The translations under genes and the position numbers were made by a program. From contig JAHDQN010000005.1 of the NCBI GenBank assembly GCA_018433775.1, positions 10,272 to 74,271 of the forward strand: a stretch of 64,000 nucleotides of DNA. The letters are read 5' to 3'. The stretch comes from Deltaproteobacteria bacterium (lineage in GTDB: Bacteria > Desulfobacterota > Desulfomonilia > UBA1062). The notes under the pieces were generated by a model. It had not been told where the DNA came from. It saw only the letters and a program-made list of their open reading frames with translations, and searched no databases. Below are positions 54,364 through 64,000 of this stretch, one piece after another. Within the stretch, counting starts at the first letter, position 1. Each line of letters begins with the position of its first letter.

Positions 54364-55134
54364 TCATGGGTTTTCAATCTCTATGGGTTCGTTGTGAAGC
54401 TCGTAATCGAAGGCAAGGAAGACCTGCCGGGGCAGGAAGCTGTAGATGTGCGTCATGAACTGACTCGCCTTTGCGAGGGAAGATTTCGGGACAAAGACGA
54501 TGTCGTACGCCCTGAGCCGGTAATCTTCGAACGCAAGTCTGCCCTTGAGCGCCCTGCCCAGGTTCACCCGGCGGGCAACGGGCCGCTGGTCGGGCCCCCG
54601 GCTGATGATGACCACCCCGGACACGTCGGCATCAGGCTTGAATCCGCCCGCCATGAACACGGCCTGGAGGGCGTTCATCCGCTCCTTGATGTGAATGACC
54701 CGGGGAGAGTACACCTCTCCTCCCACATAGATTTTCTGGGCGTTGAAGGACCTGACGAACACCGTGATCATCACCTGATCGAGCAGGAGGGAATATTTCT
54801 GGGTGAGAAGGGTATCCAGTTGGGACGGGGTGAACCCCGCGGCTCTCACCTCATCGATCATCTGCAGCGATATCATGCCGTCCGGTCTGATGGTGACGGT
54901 CTCGTTGAGGCCGGGGTTATAGAAAAATTTGATTTCCAAAGTGTCGTACGGCTGGAGGATGTATTCGTCGATGATCCCTGTGCCCGGAAGATGCGGGGGC
55001 AGGCGCGGGGATGCCGGCTGACGGGCGCACCCGGAGAGGCAGAGCATGGCCGCGACAAGCAGGAAGACTGCCGCTGCTGAGCCGCTGACAGTCGCCCGGG
55101 CGGTTCGGTTATTCTTCGCAATCATAGGGTTCAT
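54364..55134 (-). CDS. Polysaccharide export protein (Wza/GumB-like, Poly_export plus SLBB), lipoprotein
   Basis: Signal peptide plus lipobox LCLSGC. Poly_export motif PYDTLEIKFFYNPGLNETVTIRPDGMISL. SLBB-like C-terminus. Confidence 0.65.
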   Translation of the reverse strand: MNPMIAKNNRTARATVSGSAAAVFLLVAAMLCLSGCARQPASPRLPPHLPGTGIIDEYILQPYDTLEIKFFYNPGLNETVTIRPDGMISLQMIDEVRAAGFTPSQLDTLLTQKYSLLLDQVMITVFVRSFNAQKIYVGGEVYSPRVIHIKERMNALQAVFMAGGFKPDADVSGVVIISRGPDQRPVARRVNLGRALKGRLAFEDYRLRAYDIVFVPKSSLAKASQFMTHIYSFLPRQVFLAFDYELHNEPIEIENP

Positions 55135-55641
55135 GCCCTTCCTCTCCCCTTTTTTTTGCGGACAGGGGTTACAATCACGAGCTATTTGACGGCGGAAACC
55201 TTTTTTGTATCATTCTCCCGTCTCATACCGCCGCCGTCCGGCGGCTCGTGGAACAAGCGGCTGCAAAAGCGGGAGCCCACCTGGTGTCGCGTGCCCGGTC
55301 ATCTCAATCGGAATCCACTGCCCTTATATTCCATTACCATTATAAGTATGGGAGTGACCGGTGAATCTCAAGATGAACCGCTTGAGGGGGATGCCGCCGT
55401 CCCCCAAGAAGATGCGCCGGAGCCTCGCTGCCTGGGGACGCACCGGCTCCCGCCAGCGACCGGATCGGATGCTCCTTTGCCGGCCTCGCTTTTCTCAAGG
55501 GCGGGAAGGACCCTTCCCATTCCTCTTGCGCTTGCGGCGGGAGTGAGGCCCGGGGCTCGAGCTTGAGGATCATGTCGCTGATAGAAACCGCCTTCGCGCC
55601 GTGGGGCCTCTGAGACCGCGGCCCCGATCCGGGGTGACCCG

Positions 55642-56835
55642 TCAGACGGAGAGTGCCCCGGCCATGTTTTTCCCGAGCGCGATGCACTCGTCCAGCTGAT
55701 GTTCGTCAGGGGCGCACTTGACCTCCACGACGGGCTCCACGAGGCTCCAGGCGCTTTTTTCTGCAAAACTCTTCAGATTCTTCACGGCCCCGCCGGTCCA
55801 GCCGAACGATCCGAAGATGCCCAGGCTGCGGTTTTTCAGCCCCTTTTCATCGAGCAGCTCCACGAGATTTCTCATGGCGGGGAAGAGCCCCATCTCGTAG
55901 GTGCAGCTCCCCAGGATGACGCCCTTGTACCGCCAGGCGTCACGGATGATGTAGGACGGGTGGGTGCGCGCGACATCGTGCATCCTGATCTCCCTGATCC
56001 CGGCCAGGGAGAGCCCCCGGCTCACGGCCTCGGCCATCTCCAGCGTGCTGCCGTACATGGAGGCATAGGCCACCACCACACCGGGCTCCGCCATGTACCT
56101 GCTCCACAGGTCGTACTTGTCCAGGATATAGCTCGGGGCCTTTTTCCACACCGGGCCGTGGGTCGATGCGACCACCTTGATATCGATCCCCTGGAGCCTG
56201 GCCATGGCCTTCTGCACCATGAGGCTGTACTTTCCCACAATGTTGGAGAAGTATCGCAGGATCTCGTCGTCGTACCGGGCGATATTGATTTCGTCGTCGA
56301 AGAGCCCGCCGTCGAGCGTCTTGAACGAGCCGAAGGCGTCACCTGAAAAGAGCACCCGGGAGGTCTCGTCAAAGGTCATCATGGTTTCCGGCCAGTGGAC
56401 CATGGGGGTGAGGACGAACCGGAGCGTATGCCCGCCCAAATCGAGCACGTCACCATCCGCGATGGTCGTGGTATCGGTGGTGATGCCGTAGAACTCCTTG
56501 ACGAGGTCAAGGGTCTTTTTGTTGCCCACGATGTTCATCTCAGGGAAGAGCTGCTTCAGCACGGGAACCGATCCGGAATGATCGGGCTCCATGTGGTTGA
56601 TGATCAGGTAATCCACTTTCCGGCCGCCCTCTGCAAGCCTTCTGACCTTCTCCACGTACTGGGTCAGGTGGGTCTTTTTGACCGTGTCGATCAGGGCCGT
56701 CTTCCCGGCCCGGATCAGGTACGAGTTGTACGACACTCCCTCGGGGAGCGGCCACTGGGCTTCGAAGAGGTCTGTCTCATGGTCGTTCACCCCTATCCAG
56801 TAAATGTCGTTTGTAACGGGTATGGGATTATGCAT
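55642..56835 (-). CDS. Flavodiiron protein (FprA / rubredoxin:oxygen oxidoreductase / NO reductase type; MBL-like diiron domain plus flavodoxin)
   Basis: Start at comp 56835 with a GGAGG RBS. Diiron ligand motif INHMEPDHSGS. The flavodoxin-like C-terminus is VVAYASMYGSTLEMAE. Confidence 0.8.
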   Translation of the reverse strand: MHNPIPVTNDIYWIGVNDHETDLFEAQWPLPEGVSYNSYLIRAGKTALIDTVKKTHLTQYVEKVRRLAEGGRKVDYLIINHMEPDHSGSVPVLKQLFPEMNIVGNKKTLDLVKEFYGITTDTTTIADGDVLDLGGHTLRFVLTPMVHWPETMMTFDETSRVLFSGDAFGSFKTLDGGLFDDEINIARYDDEILRYFSNIVGKYSLMVQKAMARLQGIDIKVVASTHGPVWKKAPSYILDKYDLWSRYMAEPGVVVAYASMYGSTLEMAEAVSRGLSLAGIREIRMHDVARTHPSYIIRDAWRYKGVILGSCTYEMGLFPAMRNLVELLDEKGLKNRSLGIFGSFGWTGGAVKNLKSFAEKSAWSLVEPVVEVKCAPDEHQLDECIALGKNMAGALSV

Positions 56836-56995
56836 GAACCAATCCTCCTTTTCGTATGCATCCCTCCTCTTCTCCGGAAGAACGGGATCGGGGCCTGCCA
56901 AAAGACCTATGTCCGGCTCTTTTTTTACAAGCCATGAACACATTCGGCGTTCATCCCGAATATTCGGCCTTCATCCCGAACCGTATTGTGCAGGG

Positions 56996-58342
56996 TCACA
57001 TCACGATCATGAGCTGGATATCGCAGACGTTGGTGTTCGTGGGGCCGGTAATGAACAACCCTCCCGCCTTCTGGAAAAAGTGGTATGAGTCGTTGTTTTC
57101 CAGGTATGCTCCCGGATCCAGGCCGATCCGCGCTGTTTTGTGCGGGAGATCCGGCCCGACGATCGCGCCTGCCGCATCGGTGGGGCCGTCCGTTCCGTCA
57201 GTGCCTGCGCTGAGAAAGTAGATGTCCTCCGTGCCGGCCTGATCCTCGGAAAACTCGTTGAGGAAGGACAGCGCCATCTCCTGGTTCCTTCCGCCTTTTC
57301 CGAAGCCCCTGATGGTAACCGTGGTCTCGCCCCCGGCGACGATGAGCGCCGGCCGCGCGAAATCGGCGGTGCCCCGGCGGATGTCGCGGGCCACGGCGGC
57401 AAAGAATTTCGCCGCTTCCCGCGCCTCGCCGGTGAGCGTGGAGGTGACGAGGACGGCCCGGTAGCCCAGGCTTGCGCCGTGGTCCCGGGCGGCGCTGCAC
57501 GCGGCCAGGTTGTTGCCGAGCAGGACGTTGATCACCCGGGCGAACACGGGATCGCCCTGCTTGGGTGTGTCGGGGACCTCTCCCTTCTCTCCTGATTCGA
57601 GGTAATCCACCACGGACTTGGGAAGCCTGTCCCGGATGCGGTACCTGTTTACGATGTCGAGCGCCTGGGCATAGGTGGTGTCGTCCGGGACCGCTATCCC
57701 GGATGCGATGGTATCGAGGCGGTCGCCGACGACATCGGAGAGGATGATATTGATCATCCGGGCTGGGAAGGCGGCCCGGGCGAAGCGGCCGCCCTTCACC
57801 CGCGACAGGTGCTTGCGGATGCTGTTGATCTCCCGGATATCCGCTCCGGATTCCAGGAGCACTTTCGTGGTCTTCTGTTTGTCTTCAAGGCTGATGCCCT
57901 CGGGCGGAAGGCTGAACAGGGCCGATCCTCCCCCTGAAACGAGGTTGATGATCAGGGTTTTCTCATCCGCACCCGATGCGAGGTCGAACAGGGCGCCGGC
58001 GCCGGCGACGCTGTTTTCGTCCGGTATGGGATGGCCCGCCTGCATGACCCGTATGCGCTTCAGCGGCTCGGCATGGCCGTACTTCGTGACCACGGTTCCC
58101 CGGGAGATCCTCTCTCCCAGAACCTCTTCCATTGCCATGGCCATCTTGGAAGAGGCCTTGCCGATGCCCAGGACCACGATATCGCGGTAGGAGGCCAAGC
58201 CCTCCCGGGTCGTCCCGGCCCCGTGGGATATGACGAGGGTGTCGTCTTCCACGGACATGGATCGTATGATCATCTCATAGGGGTCGACACGTCTGATCGC
58301 GTGAGAAAAGATCGATCGTATGTCTTTTTCCGGGTTCATCAT
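56996..58342 (-). CDS. Glycerate 2-kinase (MOFRL / DUF4147 family, TtuD-like)
   Basis: VLGIGKASSKMAMAME, NLVSGGGSALF, and the C-terminal LSAGTDGTDGPTDAAGAIV (MOFRL). Confidence 0.7.
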   Translation of the reverse strand: MMNPEKDIRSIFSHAIRRVDPYEMIIRSMSVEDDTLVISHGAGTTREGLASYRDIVVLGIGKASSKMAMAMEEVLGERISRGTVVTKYGHAEPLKRIRVMQAGHPIPDENSVAGAGALFDLASGADEKTLIINLVSGGGSALFSLPPEGISLEDKQKTTKVLLESGADIREINSIRKHLSRVKGGRFARAAFPARMINIILSDVVGDRLDTIASGIAVPDDTTYAQALDIVNRYRIRDRLPKSVVDYLESGEKGEVPDTPKQGDPVFARVINVLLGNNLAACSAARDHGASLGYRAVLVTSTLTGEAREAAKFFAAVARDIRRGTADFARPALIVAGGETTVTIRGFGKGGRNQEMALSFLNEFSEDQAGTEDIYFLSAGTDGTDGPTDAAGAIVGPDLPHKTARIGLDPGAYLENNDSYHFFQKAGGLFITGPTNTNVCDIQLMIVM

Positions 58343-58412
58343 CCCCCCTGCCTCTAAGGAGTATGTCATGGGGTTGCACAGCATCTTTTCAAAGGCGAAA
58401 TACACAACAGTA

Positions 58413-58432
58413 TGTGTCTTTATGTATGACAC
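58413..58432. promoter_or_regulatory. Palindrome TGTGTC-N8-GACACA in the divergent promoter region between the glycerate kinase and alpha/beta-hydrolase genes
   Basis: The 6-bp arms are 58413-58418 and 58427-58432. A second ACACA...TGTGT pair sits immediately upstream. The region is locally AT-rich. Confidence 0.3.
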
Positions 58433-58592
58433 ACTTGCCGTGAGGCTCAAGGCGTTTTTGCATTATTGCTGATAACCGTTTGGAATGATACTTAAAAATA
58501 TGCTGTTTCCCGGATATTTGCTTTTTGTTATGGTGGGCCGGTCAGATCCGGTATCCAGGGAGTGACTCTGGCTGGCGGAAGGGAAACAACTC

Positions 58593-59501
58593 GTGAAAAA
58601 GGACAGACAGTCAGTCATCCGCACGGATGAATCAAGGGTGCACGCCAACGGGGTGGAGGTGGTCTACGACACCTTCGGGGATGAGTCCGATCCGGCCCTG
58701 CTGCTCATCATGGGCTTAAGCACCCAGATGATCGTGTGGGAGGACGAATTCTGTGAACGGCTTGCAGGCAGAGGCTTTTTCATTGTCCGCTTCGACAACC
58801 GGGACGCGGGGAGGTCCTCCAGCTTCGACCCGCCGGGGATGCAGAGCCTGCGCAGCGTTTTTCGCGGTGGACAGACAGGGATTGCCTATACGCTCGACGA
58901 CATGGCGGACGACACCCTCGGCCTCATGGATGCCCTGGGCATAACCTCCGCACACGTGGTCGGGGCCTCGATGGGAGGAATGATCGCGCAGATTCTGGCC
59001 CTGAACAATCCCGGGCGCGTGCAGACCCTCACGCTCATCATGTCCTCCTCGGGCAATCCTTTTCTTCCCGCGCCCAGGCCCGAGGCCCTGAGGGTTCTCT
59101 TCAAGCCTTATCCGACCCGGCGTGAACCGTACATCGAGTATTTCCTCGAGACATGGCGGGTGCTGAACGGCGGGGAGATACCCGTAGACAAAGGCCGGAT
59201 GCGCAGACTGGCCGAACGTTCATTCGAGCGGGGCGTGTCGCCGGGGGGGAGCGCACGGCAGCTCGCGGCCATATTCGCCGCGGGGAACAGGAAGGGCTCG
59301 CTCGCGGCGCTCAAAGTCCCCACGCTGGTCGTGCACGGCGATGCGGACCCTCTTCTGCCCGTGGAGTGCGGAATTGACCTTGCCGAGAGCATTCCCGGGT
59401 CGCGTCTCAAGATCATCAAGGGCATGGGCCACTGGATTGCGCCCGCAGTCTGGAACGAGGTCATCGAGGCCTTGGACCGGCACATCCGCTGCAGCAGGTA
59501 G
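58593..59501 (+). CDS. Alpha/beta-hydrolase fold protein
   Basis: Nucleophile elbow GASMGG. HGDADP region. Typical length. Confidence 0.7.
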   Translation: MKKDRQSVIRTDESRVHANGVEVVYDTFGDESDPALLLIMGLSTQMIVWEDEFCERLAGRGFFIVRFDNRDAGRSSSFDPPGMQSLRSVFRGGQTGIAYTLDDMADDTLGLMDALGITSAHVVGASMGGMIAQILALNNPGRVQTLTLIMSSSGNPFLPAPRPEALRVLFKPYPTRREPYIEYFLETWRVLNGGEIPVDKGRMRRLAERSFERGVSPGGSARQLAAIFAAGNRKGSLAALKVPTLVVHGDADPLLPVECGIDLAESIPGSRLKIIKGMGHWIAPAVWNEVIEALDRHIRCSR

Positions 59502-59684
59502 ACTTCGACGTTTGGGCACGTCTTTCACCGGGAGGAACCATGCCTCCCGGGCCCCGCAGGGTGTTTCACCGAGGCTTACGCCCCGTTCTTTTTTAAGGTG
59601 AGCGGCCCTGTGTGTTCTTGATTCCTGACGCCTTTTCCCCTATCAGATACAGGGAAAAACATGTGAGCAGGTAGGGAATATCGT

Positions 59685-60194
59685 ATGGGAAAGATTCGCA
59701 GCACTCTCGACATCGTCATGGAACGGACCCGGGGCATGAGCATGTCCCGGGAAGACAGGGACAGGCTCCATGAAAAAGAGCTGTCCGACACGGCAAGGGC
59801 CTGGGCGCAGAAATACCTCGACGGCAGGATGGCCTGGGAAGAGGTCGAGACCCGGCTCGATGCCGCGGGGGGAGACAAGCCTCTGCTTTCTGCCCTGCTG
59901 AAGGGCGAGCTTGCCTCGGATATCCGTCCGGGCGTTGACAATGCGCGGCACGTCCATGCCCTGGACAGGCTCAGCATGGCCGGCCGGGACCGGATCATGG
60001 CGATCATCGGCGATCACGAGCAGGCGTTGAACAGCAGGACAGCACAGCGCCTGGAACTCCTCAGGGCCCGGCTTGAAGATGAGGGGATCAGGGGGACGTC
60101 CGTCATCCCCAACGTGGAACAGGACCCGTCCTGGCAGGATATTGTCCGCGAGGTTCAGGGACACCTGACCGCCGAGCTCCACGCCCTTTCATAG
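59685..60194 (+). CDS. Hypothetical protein (169 aa), helical, no recognised motif
   Basis: The ORF has coding-like composition and a GGGAATATCGTATG RBS-like context. Its 3' end overlaps the convergent MBL gene by 6 nt. Confidence 0.4.
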   Translation: MGKIRSTLDIVMERTRGMSMSREDRDRLHEKELSDTARAWAQKYLDGRMAWEEVETRLDAAGGDKPLLSALLKGELASDIRPGVDNARHVHALDRLSMAGRDRIMAIIGDHEQALNSRTAQRLELLRARLEDEGIRGTSVIPNVEQDPSWQDIVREVQGHLTAELHALS

Positions 60195-60836
60195 AGAACG
60201 GAACCAGTAGTCCCGGATGATCCTGAAGTTCTCCCGGACCGGCTCCTTCCCGGCGATGACGTTGCCGTGGCCGCTCAGGAGAAATTCGATGTCGAGGTCC
60301 ATGATCTTCACGATACTCTCCTTGAGCCGCTCCCCGCTTCCGCCGGGCAGGTCGGTCCGGCCTACGCCCTGCGGGAACACCAGGTCGCCCGAAAAGAGCA
60401 CCTTTTTTGCGGGCCAGTACAGGCATACGGAACCCGGGGTGTGCCCGGGGGTATCGATGACGTCGAAGCAGTCGCTGCCGATGTCCAGGCCCCCCTCCTG
60501 GAGGAAGAAGTCCGGCTCCGGTTCCCGGTAGCGGCCCCCGGTGAGCTCTACGATATAGTCGTACTCGGTCCGGCTCATGGTGAACCGGGAGGTGTCCTTC
60601 AGGAAAGCGGCCGCCTCCACGTGATCGGGATGACCGTGGGTGGCCAGCACGAGGTCGATATCCGCCAGGGACACCCGGAGGGCATCCAGGCCCTGCCGGA
60701 CATTGGCGAAGAGGTGCGCATGCCCCGGGTCGATGAGGATCTTCTTCGATGAATCGACGAGGTAGGTGTTGCAGTTGTTCTGCGAGTAGTCGTCCCAGAT
60801 GAATCCGTACAGTCCTTCGGATATTTTTATCAGCAT
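60189..60836 (-). CDS. MBL-fold metallo-hydrolase (glyoxalase II-like)
   Basis: The LATHGHPDH (HxHxDH) metal-binding motif and downstream His/Asp ligands are present. Confidence 0.75.
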   Translation of the reverse strand: MLIKISEGLYGFIWDDYSQNNCNTYLVDSSKKILIDPGHAHLFANVRQGLDALRVSLADIDLVLATHGHPDHVEAAAFLKDTSRFTMSRTEYDYIVELTGGRYREPEPDFFLQEGGLDIGSDCFDVIDTPGHTPGSVCLYWPAKKVLFSGDLVFPQGVGRTDLPGGSGERLKESIVKIMDLDIEFLLSGHGNVIAGKEPVRENFRIIRDYWFRSL

Positions 60837-61053
60837 CTCTTAGTTCCTTCTTGTTTTTATCATATGGTACGGATCTTTGGAGGGCAAGGCCCTGGACCAG
60901 GCTTCAAGCATGAAAGCTTGAACGGGAATGCGGCCTTTCCTCCAGATCCTCTGTAGAGGCTGCGAAGGAGGAATCAAGAGGACGGCCGGAGAAGGGGGCT
61001 GCCCGGTCACGGATAAACCGGCCGAGGCGCAGTCCCGCCAAGGGGCCGGGGTA

Positions 61054-61632
61054 TTACCCTTCGCCCTTCAGTCCGATCTCGTCGGCGGCCTCTCTCATAC
61101 CCATTATAGTGTCTTCGACGAGTGCGGACACCTCCACGCCCAGCATCCCGGCGCCCCTGGTGACGATCGACCGGTCGACACCCGCGGCAAAGGCGGGAGA
61201 TTTCCATTTCTTCATGACAGACTTGGTGGTGAGATCCATGACACTCTTGGACGGCCGCACCAGTGCGCTCGCCGCCACGAGGCCGGTGAGCTCGTCGATT
61301 GCGTACAGGGTCTTATCGAGCCTGCTCACGGGCTCCACGTCGGAGCATATGCCCCACCCGTGAGAAACCACCGCCCGGATATAGTCCTCGGGCCATCCAT
61401 GCTGCTGCAGTATCTCACGGGTCTTGGTGCAGTGCTGGTCCGGGTACTGCTCGTAATCGAGGTCGTGCACCAGCCCGATGATTCCCCACTTCTCCTCGTC
61501 TTCGCCGGCCTGGCGGGCCATGTAGCGCATCACGGCCTCTACGGCGTATGCGTGTTTCTGCAGATTGTCTGTCTTGGTATATTCAAGCAGAAGGCTGAGC
61601 GCATCATCGCGGCTCGGGACATATGCAGGCAT
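61054..61632 (-). CDS. HD/HDIG-domain phosphohydrolase
   Basis: The H...HD motif is LQKHAYAVEAVM...IGLVHDLDYE. Confidence 0.7.
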   Translation of the reverse strand: MPAYVPSRDDALSLLLEYTKTDNLQKHAYAVEAVMRYMARQAGEDEEKWGIIGLVHDLDYEQYPDQHCTKTREILQQHGWPEDYIRAVVSHGWGICSDVEPVSRLDKTLYAIDELTGLVAASALVRPSKSVMDLTTKSVMKKWKSPAFAAGVDRSIVTRGAGMLGVEVSALVEDTIMGMREAADEIGLKGEG

Positions 61633-62044
61633 GCTGTCCTCCTTTCAGATTGTTTGATTTCTTAGTATGGTTTTTTTGTAGAGGCCGCGCAAGGGAAAAC
61701 TTCCCGCTCATTCCCGCAGAAAAGGGATGATGACCGACCATGCTGAACCGGGCTGCGGGCTTGTGGGTGATATTGCTCATGGGCACCCGGCTGATTGGAC
61801 AAATACAGCGTAAAAGGGTAAACAAATTCACTGAAAAATGAGGAAAAAGGGAAAAATTTTACACTTACCATGTGGGTCGAGGCGGGGTTATAGGCCTTTG
61901 TAAATGACGTAACATAATAAATTAACAATGAAAAAAAGGATAAGTTACAATTGGCATGGCTCTTGAATAATTATAGTCTGCTTGGATGCTTCACCTGCTC
62001 GACATGAAACATCCATACAAAAGACGTCATACAAGGGGAAAAAG

Positions 62045-62404
62045 ATGAGAGCACCAATTTTAGGGGTTACGGCTATCGTGGGTATCGTGGCCGTAACCCT
62101 ATTTTTTATGCTGGCGCGGGAAAGCGAGGCGCGTATCACCCGTGCGGGTGCTCCGTACCATCAATATAAGCTGCAGTACTCGTACAACGGAAAGATCTGG
62201 CACGACCTGATCGTTATCGAGAACGGGGATATCTCAAAACACATCAAATACCTGCGGAAGGAAGACCGGTTACCCTCTCTGCGATACTGGTATTCCTATA
62301 TCGATGACGAGGGAATCCGGCGCTATCACAGCATTCCGCTCACCATAGACGGGAGGCCGAGGCTTCAGGCGAACAACGCGCCTGCAAAGGAAAAAAGGGG
62401 GTAG
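62045..62404 (+). CDS. Hypothetical membrane-anchored protein (119 aa)
   Basis: ATG 62045 follows the RBS-like GGGGAAAAAG. N-terminal TM ILGVTAIVGIVAVTLFFML. Confidence 0.45.
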   Translation: MRAPILGVTAIVGIVAVTLFFMLARESEARITRAGAPYHQYKLQYSYNGKIWHDLIVIENGDISKHIKYLRKEDRLPSLRYWYSYIDDEGIRRYHSIPLTIDGRPRLQANNAPAKEKRG

Positions 62405-62497
62405 CCCCCCTGGGCCGGGCCGTGCCCCGTGGAACGGGCATAACCGGAGAATACAGGTATTTTTTATACTATTTTAAAGTTTTACCCTATTCCTCCT

Positions 62498-62536
62498 CAG
62501 GCCGCAACCTTACCCTGCAACTGAGGTTGCGGCCTG
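62498..62536 (-). terminator. GC-rich perfect 13-bp hairpin (CAGGCCGCAACCT / AGGTTGCGGCCTG) about 90 nt downstream of the M24 peptidase gene on the minus strand
   Basis: Arms at 62498-62510 and 62524-62536. The flanking sequence on the minus strand is A/T-rich but lacks a clean U-tract. The region is convergent with the plus-strand gene ending at 62404. Confidence 0.4.
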
Positions 62537-62628
62537 CTCCCTCACAAGGCTCCTGATTCGAGAAAGGAAAGAGGGCAACAAGGGTGGTCCTCCCCTCCAT
62601 TCGCCGGGAAAAGATACGAACCCATCAT

Positions 62629-63852
62629 CTACTCGATGACTTCCACCTTCAGGCCGAATCTGGAGAGGGGCTCGCATCCGTCTTTGCCGATGAGAATGGG
62701 GTTTTCGTACCGGAAGCCGGTATCCTCCTGGGGACACGCATACTGCATGGCACAGATGACGATCTCGTTTTCCCGGTATGTGTGGTCGGGATTCGTCCAG
62801 TAGGGCATGGGCCCGTCATTCATGCCGATCCGCCATTCGTCTCCCATCATGCCGATGCCGTGCTCGAACCCGGGGACCATGAACTCGGAAAACCCCCGGG
62901 TTTCTGCGAAGTCCATCATCTCTTCGGCAATGCTTACCGGAGATGCGCCCGCCTTATATGCCTTGAGCGTGCCCGAGACGATATCCAGGAAATTCCGCGC
63001 ATGCCAGAGCTGCCTTTTGGTGGCGCGCCCGATGAGATAGTTATGCGAATGATCGCCAAGGGCGAGCTTGAACATGGCGTGGATGTCCACCATGAGCCCG
63101 TCGCCCGCTTTCAGTTTTCTGGTGGTTGCCGGGGTGCAGGCCCCGCCGGCGAGCCCGGTGCGATAGCCGCTGGCGATTTCATTGCCGCCGGTGAAGGACC
63201 ATTCCCACACACTGCCTGCCCGGCGCATGGCCAGTGCCGCGATTCCCGCAATCTCCGTCTCGGTCATGCCCTTCCACCCGCCGTGGGATATGGCCCCCTT
63301 CACCGCCCGGTGCCCCTTGTCCACGATCCGTGAGGCTTCCCTGAATCGGTTGATGGTGCCCTGGTCCTTGATGATGGAGAGACTGTCGATGATGTGGTGG
63401 GCATTCACCAGACTGAAGCCGGACAACGACTCCTTGAAGCACTCGTGCTCGTAATGGGTGAGGTTGCCTTCGGGCAGGTAGTTGGACATGCCGTTCTCCA
63501 CCCCGATGTGGCCCTTGTGCAGCCCCAGGGTGTCCCTGATGAAATCGGAAATCTGCGTGATCTGGTCCATTCCTCCCAGGGGGGCGTATCCCAGCACATG
63601 GTCCTCATCGAGCCACGAATCGTCGGCCACGCGGGCCGCGTCGATGACAAAGGTGAAAACCGTGGGAAGGCCGTGTGCCGGGATCACGATATATGACCTC
63701 CACGGGCAGAAGGCATCCGTTATCCAGGACAGCGTCCTCAGCCGGGAGCCGAGGTAGACATCGATGTCCTCAGCCGCCATCTTTTCCTGGATCTGTGAAA
63801 GACGATGGGGAAAATCGATGAAATACGGATCGTTCAGCGTGGTTTTCTTCAT
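62629..63852 (-). CDS. M24-family metallopeptidase (creatinase/prolidase-type, Xaa-Pro peptidase-like)
   Basis: Creatinase-like N-terminal domain plus M24 ligand motifs (FEHGIGMMGDEW; YENPILIGKDG). Confidence 0.75.
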   Translation of the reverse strand: MKKTTLNDPYFIDFPHRLSQIQEKMAAEDIDVYLGSRLRTLSWITDAFCPWRSYIVIPAHGLPTVFTFVIDAARVADDSWLDEDHVLGYAPLGGMDQITQISDFIRDTLGLHKGHIGVENGMSNYLPEGNLTHYEHECFKESLSGFSLVNAHHIIDSLSIIKDQGTINRFREASRIVDKGHRAVKGAISHGGWKGMTETEIAGIAALAMRRAGSVWEWSFTGGNEIASGYRTGLAGGACTPATTRKLKAGDGLMVDIHAMFKLALGDHSHNYLIGRATKRQLWHARNFLDIVSGTLKAYKAGASPVSIAEEMMDFAETRGFSEFMVPGFEHGIGMMGDEWRIGMNDGPMPYWTNPDHTYRENEIVICAMQYACPQEDTGFRYENPILIGKDGCEPLSRFGLKVEVIE

Positions 63853-63874
63853 GATCTGAGGGCCTCCTTCTCAA

Positions 63875-64000
63875 TAGATGGTGGGGATCCGGGACATGAT
63901 CTTGTTGATCCGGTCGGAAAGCGACGCGAGCTTGAGGGCCTTCACCATATTCCCCTTGAGCCTGAGCTTGCCGCTCATGAGCGCCCGCTGCGATGTGACG
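63875..64000 (-). CDS. SCP2 sterol-carrier-like domain protein, C-terminal fragment (5' part beyond the window)
   Basis: The reverse-strand frame ends ...ALMSGKLRLKGNMVKALKLASLSDRINKIMSRIPTIY*. This matches the SCP2 C-terminal consensus (GKLKIKGNM..AMKL). Confidence 0.55.

Noticed and set aside
1-64000. Scan for CRISPR arrays and IS or integrase genes
   Set aside because: There are no arrays of three or more regularly spaced repeats. The only direct repeats come in pairs or triads: the GTTGACA boxes and the 26-bp repeats near 2.8 kb. No transposase-like, integrase-like or phage-like ORFs were recognised.

Overview
This 64-kb window is a GC-rich, gene-dense chromosomal segment of about 70 protein-coding genes. 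The gene content points to an anaerobic, probably sulfate-reducing or syntrophic deltaproteobacterium (Desulfobacterota-like). Evidence for that: hypA-hypB, a flavodiiron protein, bacterioferritin, DUF3795 and C_GCAxxG_C_C Cys-rich proteins, a B12-binding radical-SAM enzyme, a GH57 enzyme, a sigma-54 activator, and a Mla/Pqi-type lipid-transport operon. I found no rRNA or tRNA genes, no CRISPR array, and no transposase or integrase. Many long ORFs in the six-frame track are antisense shadows of real genes, with low-complexity Arg/Gly/Pro-rich translations typical of high-GC DNA, and I discarded them.

The most unusual features are these:
- A tandem array of six diversified ~62-67-aa paralogous genes (DUF2795-like) at 23.4-25.3 kb. 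Each has its own Shine-Dalgarno site, two share a TTTTTGAAAAA palindrome upstream, and the array lies next to a convergent B12-radical-SAM gene.
- A gene for a single-polypeptide fusion of a winged-helix HTH, a GHKL kinase-like ATPase and a STAS-like domain (1456-2481). It is bracketed at both ends by the same triad of GTTGACA boxes with identical 0/+23/+34 spacing.
- A sigma-54 activator divergent from a cluster of a PLP-decarboxylase, a thiolase with a fused OB-fold, and a C_GCAxxG_C_C protein.
- An over-long nucleotide-sugar dehydrogenase followed by a C-domain-less pyruvate-kinase-like gene.
- A DNA polymerase X-like protein that has only the N-terminal region.
- Two paralogous ADP-forming acyl-CoA-synthetase alpha-like genes flanking a PadR repressor, with a recognisable promoter and operator.
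- An orphan terminator-like RNA structure in a 550-bp intergenic gap.
- An unannotated 54-codon ORF with a strong ribosome-binding site.

All functional calls rest on motif recognition by eye. None has been checked by HMM or BLAST.
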